Of a DNA stretch of 64,000 nt, positions 37,949 through 47,059 are shown in pieces. Position 1 is the first letter of the stretch; each line of letters opens with the position of its first letter. Both the position numbers and the translations under genes were made by a program. This DNA comes from a virus. Its lineage: Duplodnaviria; Caudoviricetes. Location: positions 1-64,000 of IMG/VR virus record IMGVR_UViG_3300006467_000282; one strand, 5' to 3'. The notes beneath the pieces were generated by a model. It made no database searches, was not told the origin of the DNA, and saw only the letters and a list, made by a program, of their open reading frames with translations.

Positions 37949-39612
37949 AATACGAATTCAAAATGCAGCCTTGGGATCATCAGAGAAATGCGTTGTTGGT
38001 TTCCTGGAATAAATATTACTTTGCACTATTAATGGAATATGGTACAGGGAAAACCAAAGTAATAATAGATACTACGGGAATTCTTTATGAACGGGATGAG
38101 GTTGAAGCTTTATTTGTAATTGCACCAAATGGAGTGCATGAACAATGGATTAATGAGCAAGTACCTGAACACCTTCCAGAACGTATTCCATATATTGCAC
38201 GTATCTGGACCGGATCCCGTTCCAAAAAGTTTAAACGTTCATTGGAAGAATTCTGGGATGAAAAGAATAAGGGTAAGCTCAAGATTTTTACAATGAATGT
38301 TGAAGCTTTACAATCAAGTAAAAATGCAAGAAACTTTGCCATTAAATTCTTAAAGGATTTTGATACATTATTGACTGTAGATGAATCAACAAGGATTAAA
38401 ACTCCTGGAGCCAAACGAACAAAGTTCATAGTAAATCGCTTAGGCATAATTGCCAAATACAGAAGAACATTGACCGGTAATGAGATTACTCGTTCACCAT
38501 TTGATGTCTATTCACCCTATACATTTTTATACAAAGATTTCTGGAATCCAATTCCAAACCACCATATTTTTACACATAGATTTGGTGAATGGAAAACTCA
38601 GAAGTTCCCAAAGAAATCTGTTAAGGTTTCATCTTTTACTTGCCCGCACTGTCTTGATACACCAGAGCAAATTCTTTTAAAAAGACAGTCGGGCATTATC
38701 TTTCCGACATGTAATATATGTGATAAAATTGTTCGGGAGAATAATCGTTATCCGTTATGTTCTAATATTGCGCTTAAGGCCAAAACTCCAGTATATCCTA
38801 AAAATTTAAAAAAGTTAATCAATAATGACGGCGTATTTGAATTTCCAAAATTAATCAAATACAAAAACATGGAACAGCTCAGGGCAATGACCAAAGAGCA
38901 CTCCTTCCTGGTTAGGAAAGAAGATTGCATGGATCTGCCGCCAAAGATTTATCAGCCAATATATTGTGAGATGAACGATGAACAAACCAGGATTTATAAG
39001 GAATTAAAGGAAGAATTATATACTGAATATAATGGTGTAGAACTTTCTGTTCCAAATAAGATTGCTTTAATGGTGCGATTTCAACAAATCGTTGGTGGAT
39101 TCTTCCCCGAGACTGGTGATCCAATCGGAAAGAAAAATCCTAAGATCGAATCAATGCTATATGATTTAGAAGATATTGATTGTGCTAATCCTATTATAAT
39201 ATGGTCGCGTTTCACTGCTGAAATAAAAGCTATTACTCATAGATTGAAACAAGAATATCATGATAGAAGCGTTGTTTCATTCTTCGGTGAAACTCCAAAA
39301 GAAAAGCGACCACAGATTAAAGAAGACTTTAAAGCAGGAAAGATCCGCTATTTTGTAGCAAATCAAGCAGTTGGTGGAACAGGATTAAACCTGCAATTAG
39401 CTTATATGATGTATTATTATTCTAATTCGTTTAATGCTGAAGATAGATGGCAAAGCGAAGATAGAATACATCGTGGTGGTCAAACTAAAACTTGTCTTTA
39501 CAAGGATATCTTCATGCGGGGAACAGTAGACGATACTCTTAAAAAAGCAAACGATGATAAGAAGAACATCGCTGAATATTTTAAAGGTAACGAGATACAG
39601 GACTTAGTATAA
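37945..39612 (+). CDS. SNF2-family (SF2) helicase/translocase
   Basis: MEYGTGKT Walker A, VDESTRIK Walker B, LTGN, GGTGLNLQ, QSEDRIHRGGQ. Confidence 0.9.
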   Translation: MKYEFKMQPWDHQRNALLVSWNKYYFALLMEYGTGKTKVIIDTTGILYERDEVEALFVIAPNGVHEQWINEQVPEHLPERIPYIARIWTGSRSKKFKRSLEEFWDEKNKGKLKIFTMNVEALQSSKNARNFAIKFLKDFDTLLTVDESTRIKTPGAKRTKFIVNRLGIIAKYRRTLTGNEITRSPFDVYSPYTFLYKDFWNPIPNHHIFTHRFGEWKTQKFPKKSVKVSSFTCPHCLDTPEQILLKRQSGIIFPTCNICDKIVRENNRYPLCSNIALKAKTPVYPKNLKKLINNDGVFEFPKLIKYKNMEQLRAMTKEHSFLVRKEDCMDLPPKIYQPIYCEMNDEQTRIYKELKEELYTEYNGVELSVPNKIALMVRFQQIVGGFFPETGDPIGKKNPKIESMLYDLEDIDCANPIIIWSRFTAEIKAITHRLKQEYHDRSVVSFFGETPKEKRPQIKEDFKAGKIRYFVANQAVGGTGLNLQLAYMMYYYSNSFNAEDRWQSEDRIHRGGQTKTCLYKDIFMRGTVDDTLKKANDDKKNIAEYFKGNEIQDLV

Positions 39613-39639
39613 TAATAATAATAATAAAGAGGAAGGAAA

Positions 39640-40329
39640 ATGAAAAATCTATTTACAGGTATATTAATTGGAGGTGCTATTCTGTTCTTTTTAGTGATTA
39701 TTTTTAGTCTTAATGAAGCAAGAAAAGCTCCCAATAAGGAAGTTGTATATTTCAAAGCTAATAAAACGGAGATCTTAAGCCAAATTAATAAATATCTGGA
39801 AGAAAAAGATTTCTTGAATGCTGAAATTTTATTAGCAACATATCAAGTATCTGGCGATCCCGATTTGTTAGATCTTGATCGAAAAGTTCAAACAGATTCT
39901 TTATTATATGCATTAAAATCAACCGATAAAGATGATTATCATGCTTTGAAAGTTACTTATAAACAATTGATTGGTATTCATCCGAGTAATAGAAAATATC
40001 AAACGAATTACAGGATTTATAACAATAAATATATAAAGCAGCAAAAAGAAATCAACAGAAAAGAGAATCGTAAACAAGAAATTGCATCTCAATTCAGTAG
40101 TTGGGACGGATCTCATTATAATCTCGAAACAGTTATCAAACAATCGATGAATGATCCAAAAAGTTATAAGCATGTTAGAACCTGGTATTGGGATAAAGGT
40201 GATTATTTAGAAGTAACAACTACTTTTAGAGGCAAGAATGCTTTCGGTGGGATTGTTAAGAATTCCATAACAGCAAAAGTTACTATACAGGGCTTAGTCT
40301 CTGAAATTATTAGTCAGGGAGCTATTTAA
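39640..40329 (+). CDS. Membrane-anchored hypothetical protein
   Basis: N-terminal TM; C-terminal domain FRGKNAFGG. Confidence 0.65.
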   Translation: MKNLFTGILIGGAILFFLVIIFSLNEARKAPNKEVVYFKANKTEILSQINKYLEEKDFLNAEILLATYQVSGDPDLLDLDRKVQTDSLLYALKSTDKDDYHALKVTYKQLIGIHPSNRKYQTNYRIYNNKYIKQQKEINRKENRKQEIASQFSSWDGSHYNLETVIKQSMNDPKSYKHVRTWYWDKGDYLEVTTTFRGKNAFGGIVKNSITAKVTIQGLVSEIISQGAI

Positions 40330-40830
40330 ATGAAAGCAATGGAATATATCGTAAGAACCAGGGAATATCTGGACTATCTGGAAGAACATATCTTAAATGT
40401 ACAAAGAGCTTGGAATGAAATCCAGGAAAAATGTAAGGATATGGCATTTATATCGGATGATTTTACTTTTTTCACACTTGATAAAGAAATAAAAGACCAT
40501 GATTTATCAAAGTTCTCTGAAGAAGAATTCGTTCAATATAGAAAAGCGTTTTATCCTATTAATAAAGCTCCAAAAGGTGTTTTAGATTCTGCATGGGAAC
40601 ATCATAAAAATAATAATCCCCATCATTGGGAAAATTGGACTCAAAAAACTGGAGTAGCTGACATTATTTGGATACCTAATTGTGTTCACATGATAGTCGA
40701 CTGGCTCGCAATGAGTTACAAGTTTGGTGATAGTCCAAAAGAGTATTATGAAAGTAATACAGATACTATTAAAATACCAGATTTTGCAATTAAATTTATG
40801 TATCAGATATTTGAAAGGTTGGAGAAATAG
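40330..40830 (+). CDS. HD-superfamily protein (DUF5662-like)
   Basis: EHI..V...HDLSKFS.EEF...AWEHH..NNPHHWE...MIVDW. Confidence 0.7.
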   Translation: MKAMEYIVRTREYLDYLEEHILNVQRAWNEIQEKCKDMAFISDDFTFFTLDKEIKDHDLSKFSEEEFVQYRKAFYPINKAPKGVLDSAWEHHKNNNPHHWENWTQKTGVADIIWIPNCVHMIVDWLAMSYKFGDSPKEYYESNTDTIKIPDFAIKFMYQIFERLEK

Positions 40831-41120
40831 TGAGACGCAAAATAAAACAAAAATATAAAAAGCTTTGGCCACATTTCGGAATTTTCTTTTGGCAAACATG
40901 TGATAAATGCGGATATGAATTCGTAAGAGAATCTGGATGGTATGCTATAACTGGACCAATTTTTAAAGGCCATGGACGTGGTCGGTATTTATGTAAAAAA
41001 TGTGCGCCTACTTTAGAAATTGCAGATGATTACTTTTATAATAATGAGTTTATTGGTAAAAGACCACCTCCACCGCCTGCCCCACCTAAAAAACGAACTA
41101 TAAAGGAATCTCTTTCATGA
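40830..41120 (+). CDS. Small Zn-finger-like protein
   Basis: GTG start; CDKC and CKKC; Pro-rich tail. Confidence 0.55.
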   Translation: MRRKIKQKYKKLWPHFGIFFWQTCDKCGYEFVRESGWYAITGPIFKGHGRGRYLCKKCAPTLEIADDYFYNNEFIGKRPPPPPAPPKKRTIKESLS

Positions 41121-41392
41121 AAGATAATACGAATAATTTAGTACCAGAAGAATGTTGTGATTTTGGGGAGTTTAAATGTCAAGTTCCAATTCCGATAAGT
41201 GGTAAAGTACAATTTGTTGATATATGTATCGCTCATATTGTATCTGCATTGAACGCTGCTAATATCACAACAGTTGCGAGTTGTTGTGGACATGGTAAAA
41301 TTAATGCGAGCATTATTTTAGAAGACGATAAAGAGTTAGTTCTCCGGAAGTTTGATGAGTCAAACTATAATTCAAATAGAGTAATGGAGTAA
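41117..41392 (+). CDS. Hypothetical protein (TYW3-like motif)
   Basis: VDICIAHIVSALNAANITTVASCCGHG. Confidence 0.4.
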   Translation: MKDNTNNLVPEECCDFGEFKCQVPIPISGKVQFVDICIAHIVSALNAANITTVASCCGHGKINASIILEDDKELVLRKFDESNYNSNRVME

Positions 41393-41394
41393 TT

Positions 41395-41616
41395 ATGGAC
41401 GGATTCTATATTTGCTTTGAGCATACAACTTATTGGTTTGAGTTTCATCATATGTTTGGTCCGTTTTTCTATCGAATTGAAAAAGGGGAAGAGATAGACA
41501 TCATGGATGAGTTCGAATTTGATGAGAATAACGATTATAAATGTACATCTAATAAATTCCTATGGGATTTCTTTGATAAATGGCATAAAGAATATCTATT
41601 GAAGGAGAAAAAATAA
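41395..41616 (+). CDS. Hypothetical protein
   Basis: 73 aa, GGAG RBS. Confidence 0.6.
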   Translation: MDGFYICFEHTTYWFEFHHMFGPFFYRIEKGEEIDIMDEFEFDENNDYKCTSNKFLWDFFDKWHKEYLLKEKK

Positions 41617-41846
41617 TGGAACGATTTTTTGTTAATAAATTCCCTATAAATATTCCTACTAATACGGGAGATGTTATTCCGATTGGAACTATATTTACAA
41701 TTGACAGTATAAGCGGAGATTTTTTTAATTTAAAACCTATTGTTGAAATTAAAGGGCTTGAATATGATCTTATGTTTGGTGCATTAATGATGGAACATGC
41801 TTTTACTGAACAAGAACATATTTCAAATAAGGAAGAAGAGAAATAA
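41616..41846 (+). CDS. Hypothetical protein
   Basis: 76 aa, GGAG RBS. Confidence 0.6.
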   Translation: MERFFVNKFPINIPTNTGDVIPIGTIFTIDSISGDFFNLKPIVEIKGLEYDLMFGALMMEHAFTEQEHISNKEEEK

Positions 41847-42002
41847 CGGAGAAATAAAATGCAAATACAACGTCAGGGAAGATCTGAGGACAGAGCTCAA
41901 CTCAGTGATATCTTAAATACATACGGCATGGGAGATTGGATAGAAGACTGGGTATGGCATGCTATTTTTGAAATGTATACTCATAAATAATTAACATAAA
42001 TG

Positions 42003-42031
42003 TTTACAAAATAAATATTTTATGATAAAAT
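42003..42031 (+). promoter_or_regulatory. Sigma70-type promoter
   Basis: TTTACA-N17-TAAAAT. Confidence 0.65.
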
Positions 42032-42065
42032 GCTTCTATAAAATTAATTAACAGGAGATAGAAAA

Positions 42066-42671
42066 ATGGTAGATGATATTTTTGCAGACATCGAGGAAGC
42101 AGCAGATAAAGATAAAGAGGACAAAACTATTGACCTTGGTCCAATATCTCGTCTCGTTGATCAGCAAGCAATGCTCGAAAGAACAGCTTTAGAAACACAT
42201 GTACAAAATCTATACTCATTTATTAAACTAAATAATATGTCAATAGAAACTATTGAAGAAGCAATGAAGCTACGGGCTAAAGATCTATTTAAGGTTCGTC
42301 AGGTTCAGATTCCTGAAATGATGAAAGAATTTGGTTTAAATGCTATTGAAAGCACATCTGGAACTGCTATTAAAATAATGGACGGGTTATCCGTTACTAT
42401 TAAAGATGCAGACAAATTGCATGCTTTCCTCCGAAAAAATGAAGCAGGGGATTTAATCAAAAATAAGATAACTATCGAAGTTGAAAATGAAGAAAAAAGA
42501 AAGGAGGTGGTTAAACTATTAGAAAGTAAAGAATTAAATTATGAAGTGAAGGAAGCGGTTCATAATGCAACTCTTAAAAAACACGTAAAAGATCTACGTA
42601 AAGATGGAAAAGATTTGCCGAATGAATCAGTAAAAATTTACGAGTACGAATACTCAAAAATCAAAAAGTAA
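42066..42671 (+). CDS. Conserved phage replication-module protein
   Basis: IPEMMKEFGL...FLRKNEAGDLIK...VHNATLK; precedes the SSB-like gene. Confidence 0.55.
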   Translation: MVDDIFADIEEAADKDKEDKTIDLGPISRLVDQQAMLERTALETHVQNLYSFIKLNNMSIETIEEAMKLRAKDLFKVRQVQIPEMMKEFGLNAIESTSGTAIKIMDGLSVTIKDADKLHAFLRKNEAGDLIKNKITIEVENEEKRKEVVKLLESKELNYEVKEAVHNATLKKHVKDLRKDGKDLPNESVKIYEYEYSKIKK

Positions 42672-42681
42672 AGGAAAAATT

Positions 42682-43560
42682 ATGGCTAAAAAATCAGAGA
42701 CAACTACTGAAAACAAATCAGTTGTAAAAAAAGACGAAGCCGCATTGCCAATCTCGGTAGAAGAACTGGAAGCAATGTCAGGACAAGGGTTTGAGGGCGC
42801 AGACAAAGATTCTTATGCAATACCTTTTTTAAGAATCTTGCAAAGTACATCACCTCAAATTAATGAAGATGAACCAGCTTATATTGAAGGTGCTAAAGTT
42901 GGTATGTTCTTTAATACTATTACAGGTGAGTTATTTGGTAAAGAGTTAGATGTAATTCCTGCTCATTATGCAAGGGATTTCATTGAGTGGATGCCAAATC
43001 GTGGAGGATTTGTTACAACTCACGGCTCAGATCCAGTTATTTTGGATCGTATTGTAAAAATTGATGATAACAATAATTCCATCCTTGATAATGATAATGT
43101 TATTCAGGATACACGCAACCATTATGTATTACTTGCCGATCACCTTGAACAAGGTCCGATCATTCTTTCACTTACATCAACTGGTATCAAGCATTCCAAA
43201 AAGTGGATGACTCTAATGAATACCTTGATGATTCCAAATAGTAAAAAACAAGCACCAATGTTTGCAGGAGTTTGGAAAATTGAAAGTGTACAGAACAAAA
43301 ATGATGATGGTACCTGGTATCAAGTAGGTGACAAATCTGCAACTTGCATTAAATTCAAAAATTGGGTTGATAAAGATCAACTCGAAGCAGCAACTTCCTT
43401 CAGAAAATTACTTGCAGCAGGGGAAGCAAAAGCGGATTGGGATTCAGCAGATGGCGAATCAAATAAATCCGGTGTAACTCAAACTGGATCTCCTTCAGCA
43501 GGGGGCTATGAAAAAGATGGTAAACAGTTTGATAGCGAGGGGAATGAAATTCCCTTTTAA
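42682..43560 (+). CDS. Putative single-stranded DNA-binding protein
   Basis: IPFLRILQSTSPQ family motif; flexible tail ending in acidic-aromatic EGNEIPF like SSB tips. Confidence 0.6.
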   Translation: MAKKSETTTENKSVVKKDEAALPISVEELEAMSGQGFEGADKDSYAIPFLRILQSTSPQINEDEPAYIEGAKVGMFFNTITGELFGKELDVIPAHYARDFIEWMPNRGGFVTTHGSDPVILDRIVKIDDNNNSILDNDNVIQDTRNHYVLLADHLEQGPIILSLTSTGIKHSKKWMTLMNTLMIPNSKKQAPMFAGVWKIESVQNKNDDGTWYQVGDKSATCIKFKNWVDKDQLEAATSFRKLLAAGEAKADWDSADGESNKSGVTQTGSPSAGGYEKDGKQFDSEGNEIPF

Positions 43561-43595
43561 TTAACTGATTATCCAAACAAAAATTCTATTATATT

Positions 43596-43627
43596 ATCCG
43601 GGAGCATAAAAACTCCCGGATATTTTT
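43596..43627 (+). terminator. Intrinsic terminator
   Basis: ATCCGGGAG-N8-CTCCCGGAT then ATTTTT. Confidence 0.75.
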
Positions 43628-43647
43628 AACAAAAGCGAGGTGTTAAT

Positions 43648-44622
43648 ATGAATAGGAGAAGAATAGCAAATCATCTAAAGAAAATCCACAACAATTGGGT
43701 AGAATCAATTCAAGATGAAAATGTTCGTACTCTTGCTCGAAACAATTCTATTATAACTGGTGGTGCTATAGTTTCTTTACTTACTGGGGAACAACCAAAA
43801 GATTATGATATTTACTTTACAAATAAAGAAACTGTTCTGGAAATTGCTAAATATTATGTAAATATATTTAATATAAAAGAAGGCAATAATAATGCATCTG
43901 TTATTGATGGTGCAGATTACCAGGATGAAACAGAACAACAAGAAAAATATGAGATCCGTGGTACAATGTATGCAAATCTTACTGAAGATCGAGTAAAGAT
44001 TATTACCGGTGGTGCAGGTGTACTGGAAGATGAGGATGAAACACAATCTTTAAATGTATATGAGATCTTAAATGATACTGATGACGCAATAATTGATCCT
44101 CCTGTTGAAGAAAAGAAAAAAGGTAAGGATAAACCCGAACCATATCGTCCAGTATTTCTATCAACAAATGCAGTAACTCTTTCTGACCGAATCCAACTTA
44201 TCATACGATTCTATGGCGAGCCAGATGAAATTCATGACACCTTTGATTTCGTCCATACGTTTAGTTATTGGCGTTCTGGAGACTTCGATGAACTACATCT
44301 AAATGCTGAAGCATTAGAAGCAATACTCGATAAGAACCTGGTTTATAAAGGATCTAAGTATCCCTTATGTTCCATCATACGTCTTAGAAAATTCTTGAAA
44401 CGTGGATGGAAAATCAATGCAGGTCAAATACTGAAGATTTGTTTTCAATTATCTGATTTAGATCTGTCAAATCCCGATGTTTTGGAAGATCAATTGATTG
44501 GTGTTGACACAGCTTACTTTATGAAATTGGTAAGAGATATACGTGAGCAAATGGATGCGAATGATGAGTTCATTATTGACCAGAACTATGTCACAACTAT
44601 TGCTGAAAAAATATTCGGTTAG
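43648..44622 (+). CDS. Nucleotidyltransferase-like protein (CCA/poly(A) polymerase head motif)
   Basis: ITGGAIVSLLTGEQPKDYDIYF; FDFVHT; SIIRLRKFLKRGWKI. Confidence 0.6.
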   Translation: MNRRRIANHLKKIHNNWVESIQDENVRTLARNNSIITGGAIVSLLTGEQPKDYDIYFTNKETVLEIAKYYVNIFNIKEGNNNASVIDGADYQDETEQQEKYEIRGTMYANLTEDRVKIITGGAGVLEDEDETQSLNVYEILNDTDDAIIDPPVEEKKKGKDKPEPYRPVFLSTNAVTLSDRIQLIIRFYGEPDEIHDTFDFVHTFSYWRSGDFDELHLNAEALEAILDKNLVYKGSKYPLCSIIRLRKFLKRGWKINAGQILKICFQLSDLDLSNPDVLEDQLIGVDTAYFMKLVRDIREQMDANDEFIIDQNYVTTIAEKIFG

Positions 44623-44638
44623 TGAAAGGCGGGAATAA

Positions 44639-44959
44639 ATGAAAATACATCTGCTCGAGGAATGTCCTCATTGCGAATTTACAATGGGGGAAATAACAAG
44701 GGTTGGTAATCAAAATAAACTAACATGTTCCAGTTGTAAAAAATATATTAAATTTCTTGGCAGGAAAGAAATAGCAACTATTGCTCGTAGAAGAGGAGCA
44801 ACAGTTGACACTGTTTATAATGAAATTATTGTCGGAGATGCAGCAGTTGCTTATGATCCTAAGGGATTACCGGATGATGAGACTGATCGAATTGAAAAGC
44901 TGCATTTTAAAATAGATCTATTATTAGATCACTTTGGAATAATAAATGACAACAGTTAA
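44639..44959 (+). CDS. Zn-ribbon hypothetical protein
   Basis: CPHC...CSSC. Confidence 0.55.
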   Translation: MKIHLLEECPHCEFTMGEITRVGNQNKLTCSSCKKYIKFLGRKEIATIARRRGATVDTVYNEIIVGDAAVAYDPKGLPDDETDRIEKLHFKIDLLLDHFGIINDNS

Positions 44960-45317
44960 TGAACATATAAGAAACCATTTATTAGAACGAGTAGGAATAT
45001 TTAAACCTGATCCAAAACCTTCTTTAGAATCTTTAAAGAAAACAGAATGGAGTTCTAAATTCGAGCAGTTAATGAGAAATCGTTTAATTGTAGGTGCTTT
45101 CCGTTATGGATTAATAAATGAACCAGGTAAAAAGCGTTACGACAGGACAGATAGTATTCGGCAAAGACTGGATTTATATAACGAAACTGGAAATGCTGAA
45201 CATTTAGTTGATATAGCTAATTTATGTTTGATGGAATTTGAGGAACCAAACCACAAACGTTTTCATTTTAAGGCTCAAGATGATGTAATTCATGCAGAAG
45301 AGTCGAAAGGAAGATAG
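44946..45317 (+). CDS. Possible all-alpha NTP pyrophosphatase-like protein
   Basis: GAFRYG...EHLVDIANLCLMEF. Confidence 0.4.
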   Translation: MTTVNEHIRNHLLERVGIFKPDPKPSLESLKKTEWSSKFEQLMRNRLIVGAFRYGLINEPGKKRYDRTDSIRQRLDLYNETGNAEHLVDIANLCLMEFEEPNHKRFHFKAQDDVIHAEESKGR

Positions 45318-45322
45318 AAATT

Positions 45323-45994
45323 ATGGAAGAACTGAAAAATGCAATTGTAAAATCTTTTAATAAAATGGCGGACAGCGGTAAAATACAGGAGATTATTGAT
45401 AAAAAATTGGAAGCAACTGTTACCAGTGTTTTAGATGATTGTCTTCGTGATTGGTCTGATTTTGGAAAAGCTCTGAAAGAAGTTGTAAAGACTAATCTTA
45501 ATATTAATATGGATGATTTGAAAATTGCAGGCTATAATGATTTAATTTTAAAAATTATTCAGCAGAAAATTGATAGTAATATTTCAGCAATTAGTACAGA
45601 ACAAATTGAAAAACAAATGGCTGAACTGTTGAAAAATCCTCCTACGGAAATCAAACTCTCGGAACTCATTGCTGATTTTATTGAATATAATTGTGATGAG
45701 GATAATCCATATGAAAATCCTGAAGAGATTACCTTCATATATGAAAATAAACATTATCCTTATGTTTATTTTGATAAAGAACCAAACCAAGAAAAATATC
45801 GATGCGAATTTAGATTTGGTATTTCTGATGAAAAAATGTTTAATTGCAAAATAGATGGTGAAGAATTAGATAAATCTCTTTTCCATGGAGCAATGTTTAA
45901 TTTTGAAAAGAAATTGTTCCATATGTATGCAGCTGGTACAAAGATAATAATGGATGTTGATGATGTTGAAACATATTATCCTTCTCCAGATTAA
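45323..45994 (+). CDS. Hypothetical protein
   Basis: 223 aa, helical N-terminal half. Confidence 0.65.
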   Translation: MEELKNAIVKSFNKMADSGKIQEIIDKKLEATVTSVLDDCLRDWSDFGKALKEVVKTNLNINMDDLKIAGYNDLILKIIQQKIDSNISAISTEQIEKQMAELLKNPPTEIKLSELIADFIEYNCDEDNPYENPEEITFIYENKHYPYVYFDKEPNQEKYRCEFRFGISDEKMFNCKIDGEELDKSLFHGAMFNFEKKLFHMYAAGTKIIMDVDDVETYYPSPD

Positions 45995-46010
45995 AAAATG
46001 GATAAAACGA

Positions 46011-46039
46011 TTTACAAAATAATATTTCTATGATATAGT
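46011..46039 (+). promoter_or_regulatory. Sigma70-type promoter heading the nucleotide-modification operon
   Basis: TTTACA-N17-TATAGT. Confidence 0.7.
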
Positions 46040-46070
46040 GTTTATTATTTAACCAAATACGAGAGGTATT

Positions 46071-46580
46071 ATGGAACACGCATTTTTAGTAGAAATAAAT
46101 ACAATGAATTATCGGAAATGGGATTCTAATAAAAATGAAATTCATGGACGATTTGTAATAATGGAAAGTCCGACACAGCTAAGCGATTATTTTCCGCAAG
46201 AAAAATTAGTTCAGCTAAGAACAAATATTCGTGGTAAAGAAAGCAAGTCAGATATCAGTAAATCAGCTAAAAAGTTAGCAAAAGAATGTTATAATGCAAT
46301 CATAAAAATTAAACCACAAGTTCAATCTACAGTTAACCCTAAAGTTAACTCCACAGAAAAGAAAGTAACTAAATCTGGCCGCTTAAGAGAGTATTTTCTA
46401 ATGAATGAAAGCGGTTCTGTATCGGATTTAGTTGCTTTTACAGGTTTTGATGAGAAAAATCTCAGAACAGCAGTTAGTATTTTAGCAAATCCTGGTAGAA
46501 CAAAATATCCAATAGTTATTCAGTATGATTCCGACAATAAAATATATAAATTAGAAAAGGAGGATGAATGCCAAGCATAA
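46071..46580 (+). CDS. Hypothetical protein, possible C-terminal winged HTH
   Basis: GSVSDLVAFTGFDEKNLRTAVSIL. Confidence 0.5.
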   Translation: MEHAFLVEINTMNYRKWDSNKNEIHGRFVIMESPTQLSDYFPQEKLVQLRTNIRGKESKSDISKSAKKLAKECYNAIIKIKPQVQSTVNPKVNSTEKKVTKSGRLREYFLMNESGSVSDLVAFTGFDEKNLRTAVSILANPGRTKYPIVIQYDSDNKIYKLEKEDECQA

Positions 46581-47059
46581 TATTTGAAGGACCAGATGGA
46601 GCTGGTAAAAGTTATATTGCAAGTTATATAAGTACAGTATCTAAAATTCCAATTTATCATGCTGGAGGACCACCAAAAACTCCGGAAGAAATAGTGGAAC
46701 GTGCTAATAAAATGGTGAAAATGGAAAACAAGATATTTGATAGATTTCCTATAATTTCTGAACAAATATATGGAACTATCGTCAGGGATAATAATCCCTT
46801 TAACTTTGGAGATTTAAAAGATATTCCTTTTCCCGTTGTATATTGCAGACCTTTTCGAGAGACATTGCTTTCATCAGAAAAAATTGAAAAGGATTATAAA
46901 GCAGGTAAACATATGAAGAGTGTCCTGGAAAAATATGAACAAATTATCGACAAATATGACGAACTTATGAGTTCGTTACCACATTTAACCTTTAATAGGG
47001 ATTTAGAATCATGTGCGGACTTTCTTACACGATTGGAAAGAACAATATTGAGAAAATGA
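46568..47059 (+). CDS. dNMP (thymidylate-type) kinase
   Basis: IIFEGPDGAGKS P-loop; FDRF.IISEQIYG. Confidence 0.8.
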   Translation: MPSIIFEGPDGAGKSYIASYISTVSKIPIYHAGGPPKTPEEIVERANKMVKMENKIFDRFPIISEQIYGTIVRDNNPFNFGDLKDIPFPVVYCRPFRETLLSSEKIEKDYKAGKHMKSVLEKYEQIIDKYDELMSSLPHLTFNRDLESCADFLTRLERTILRK

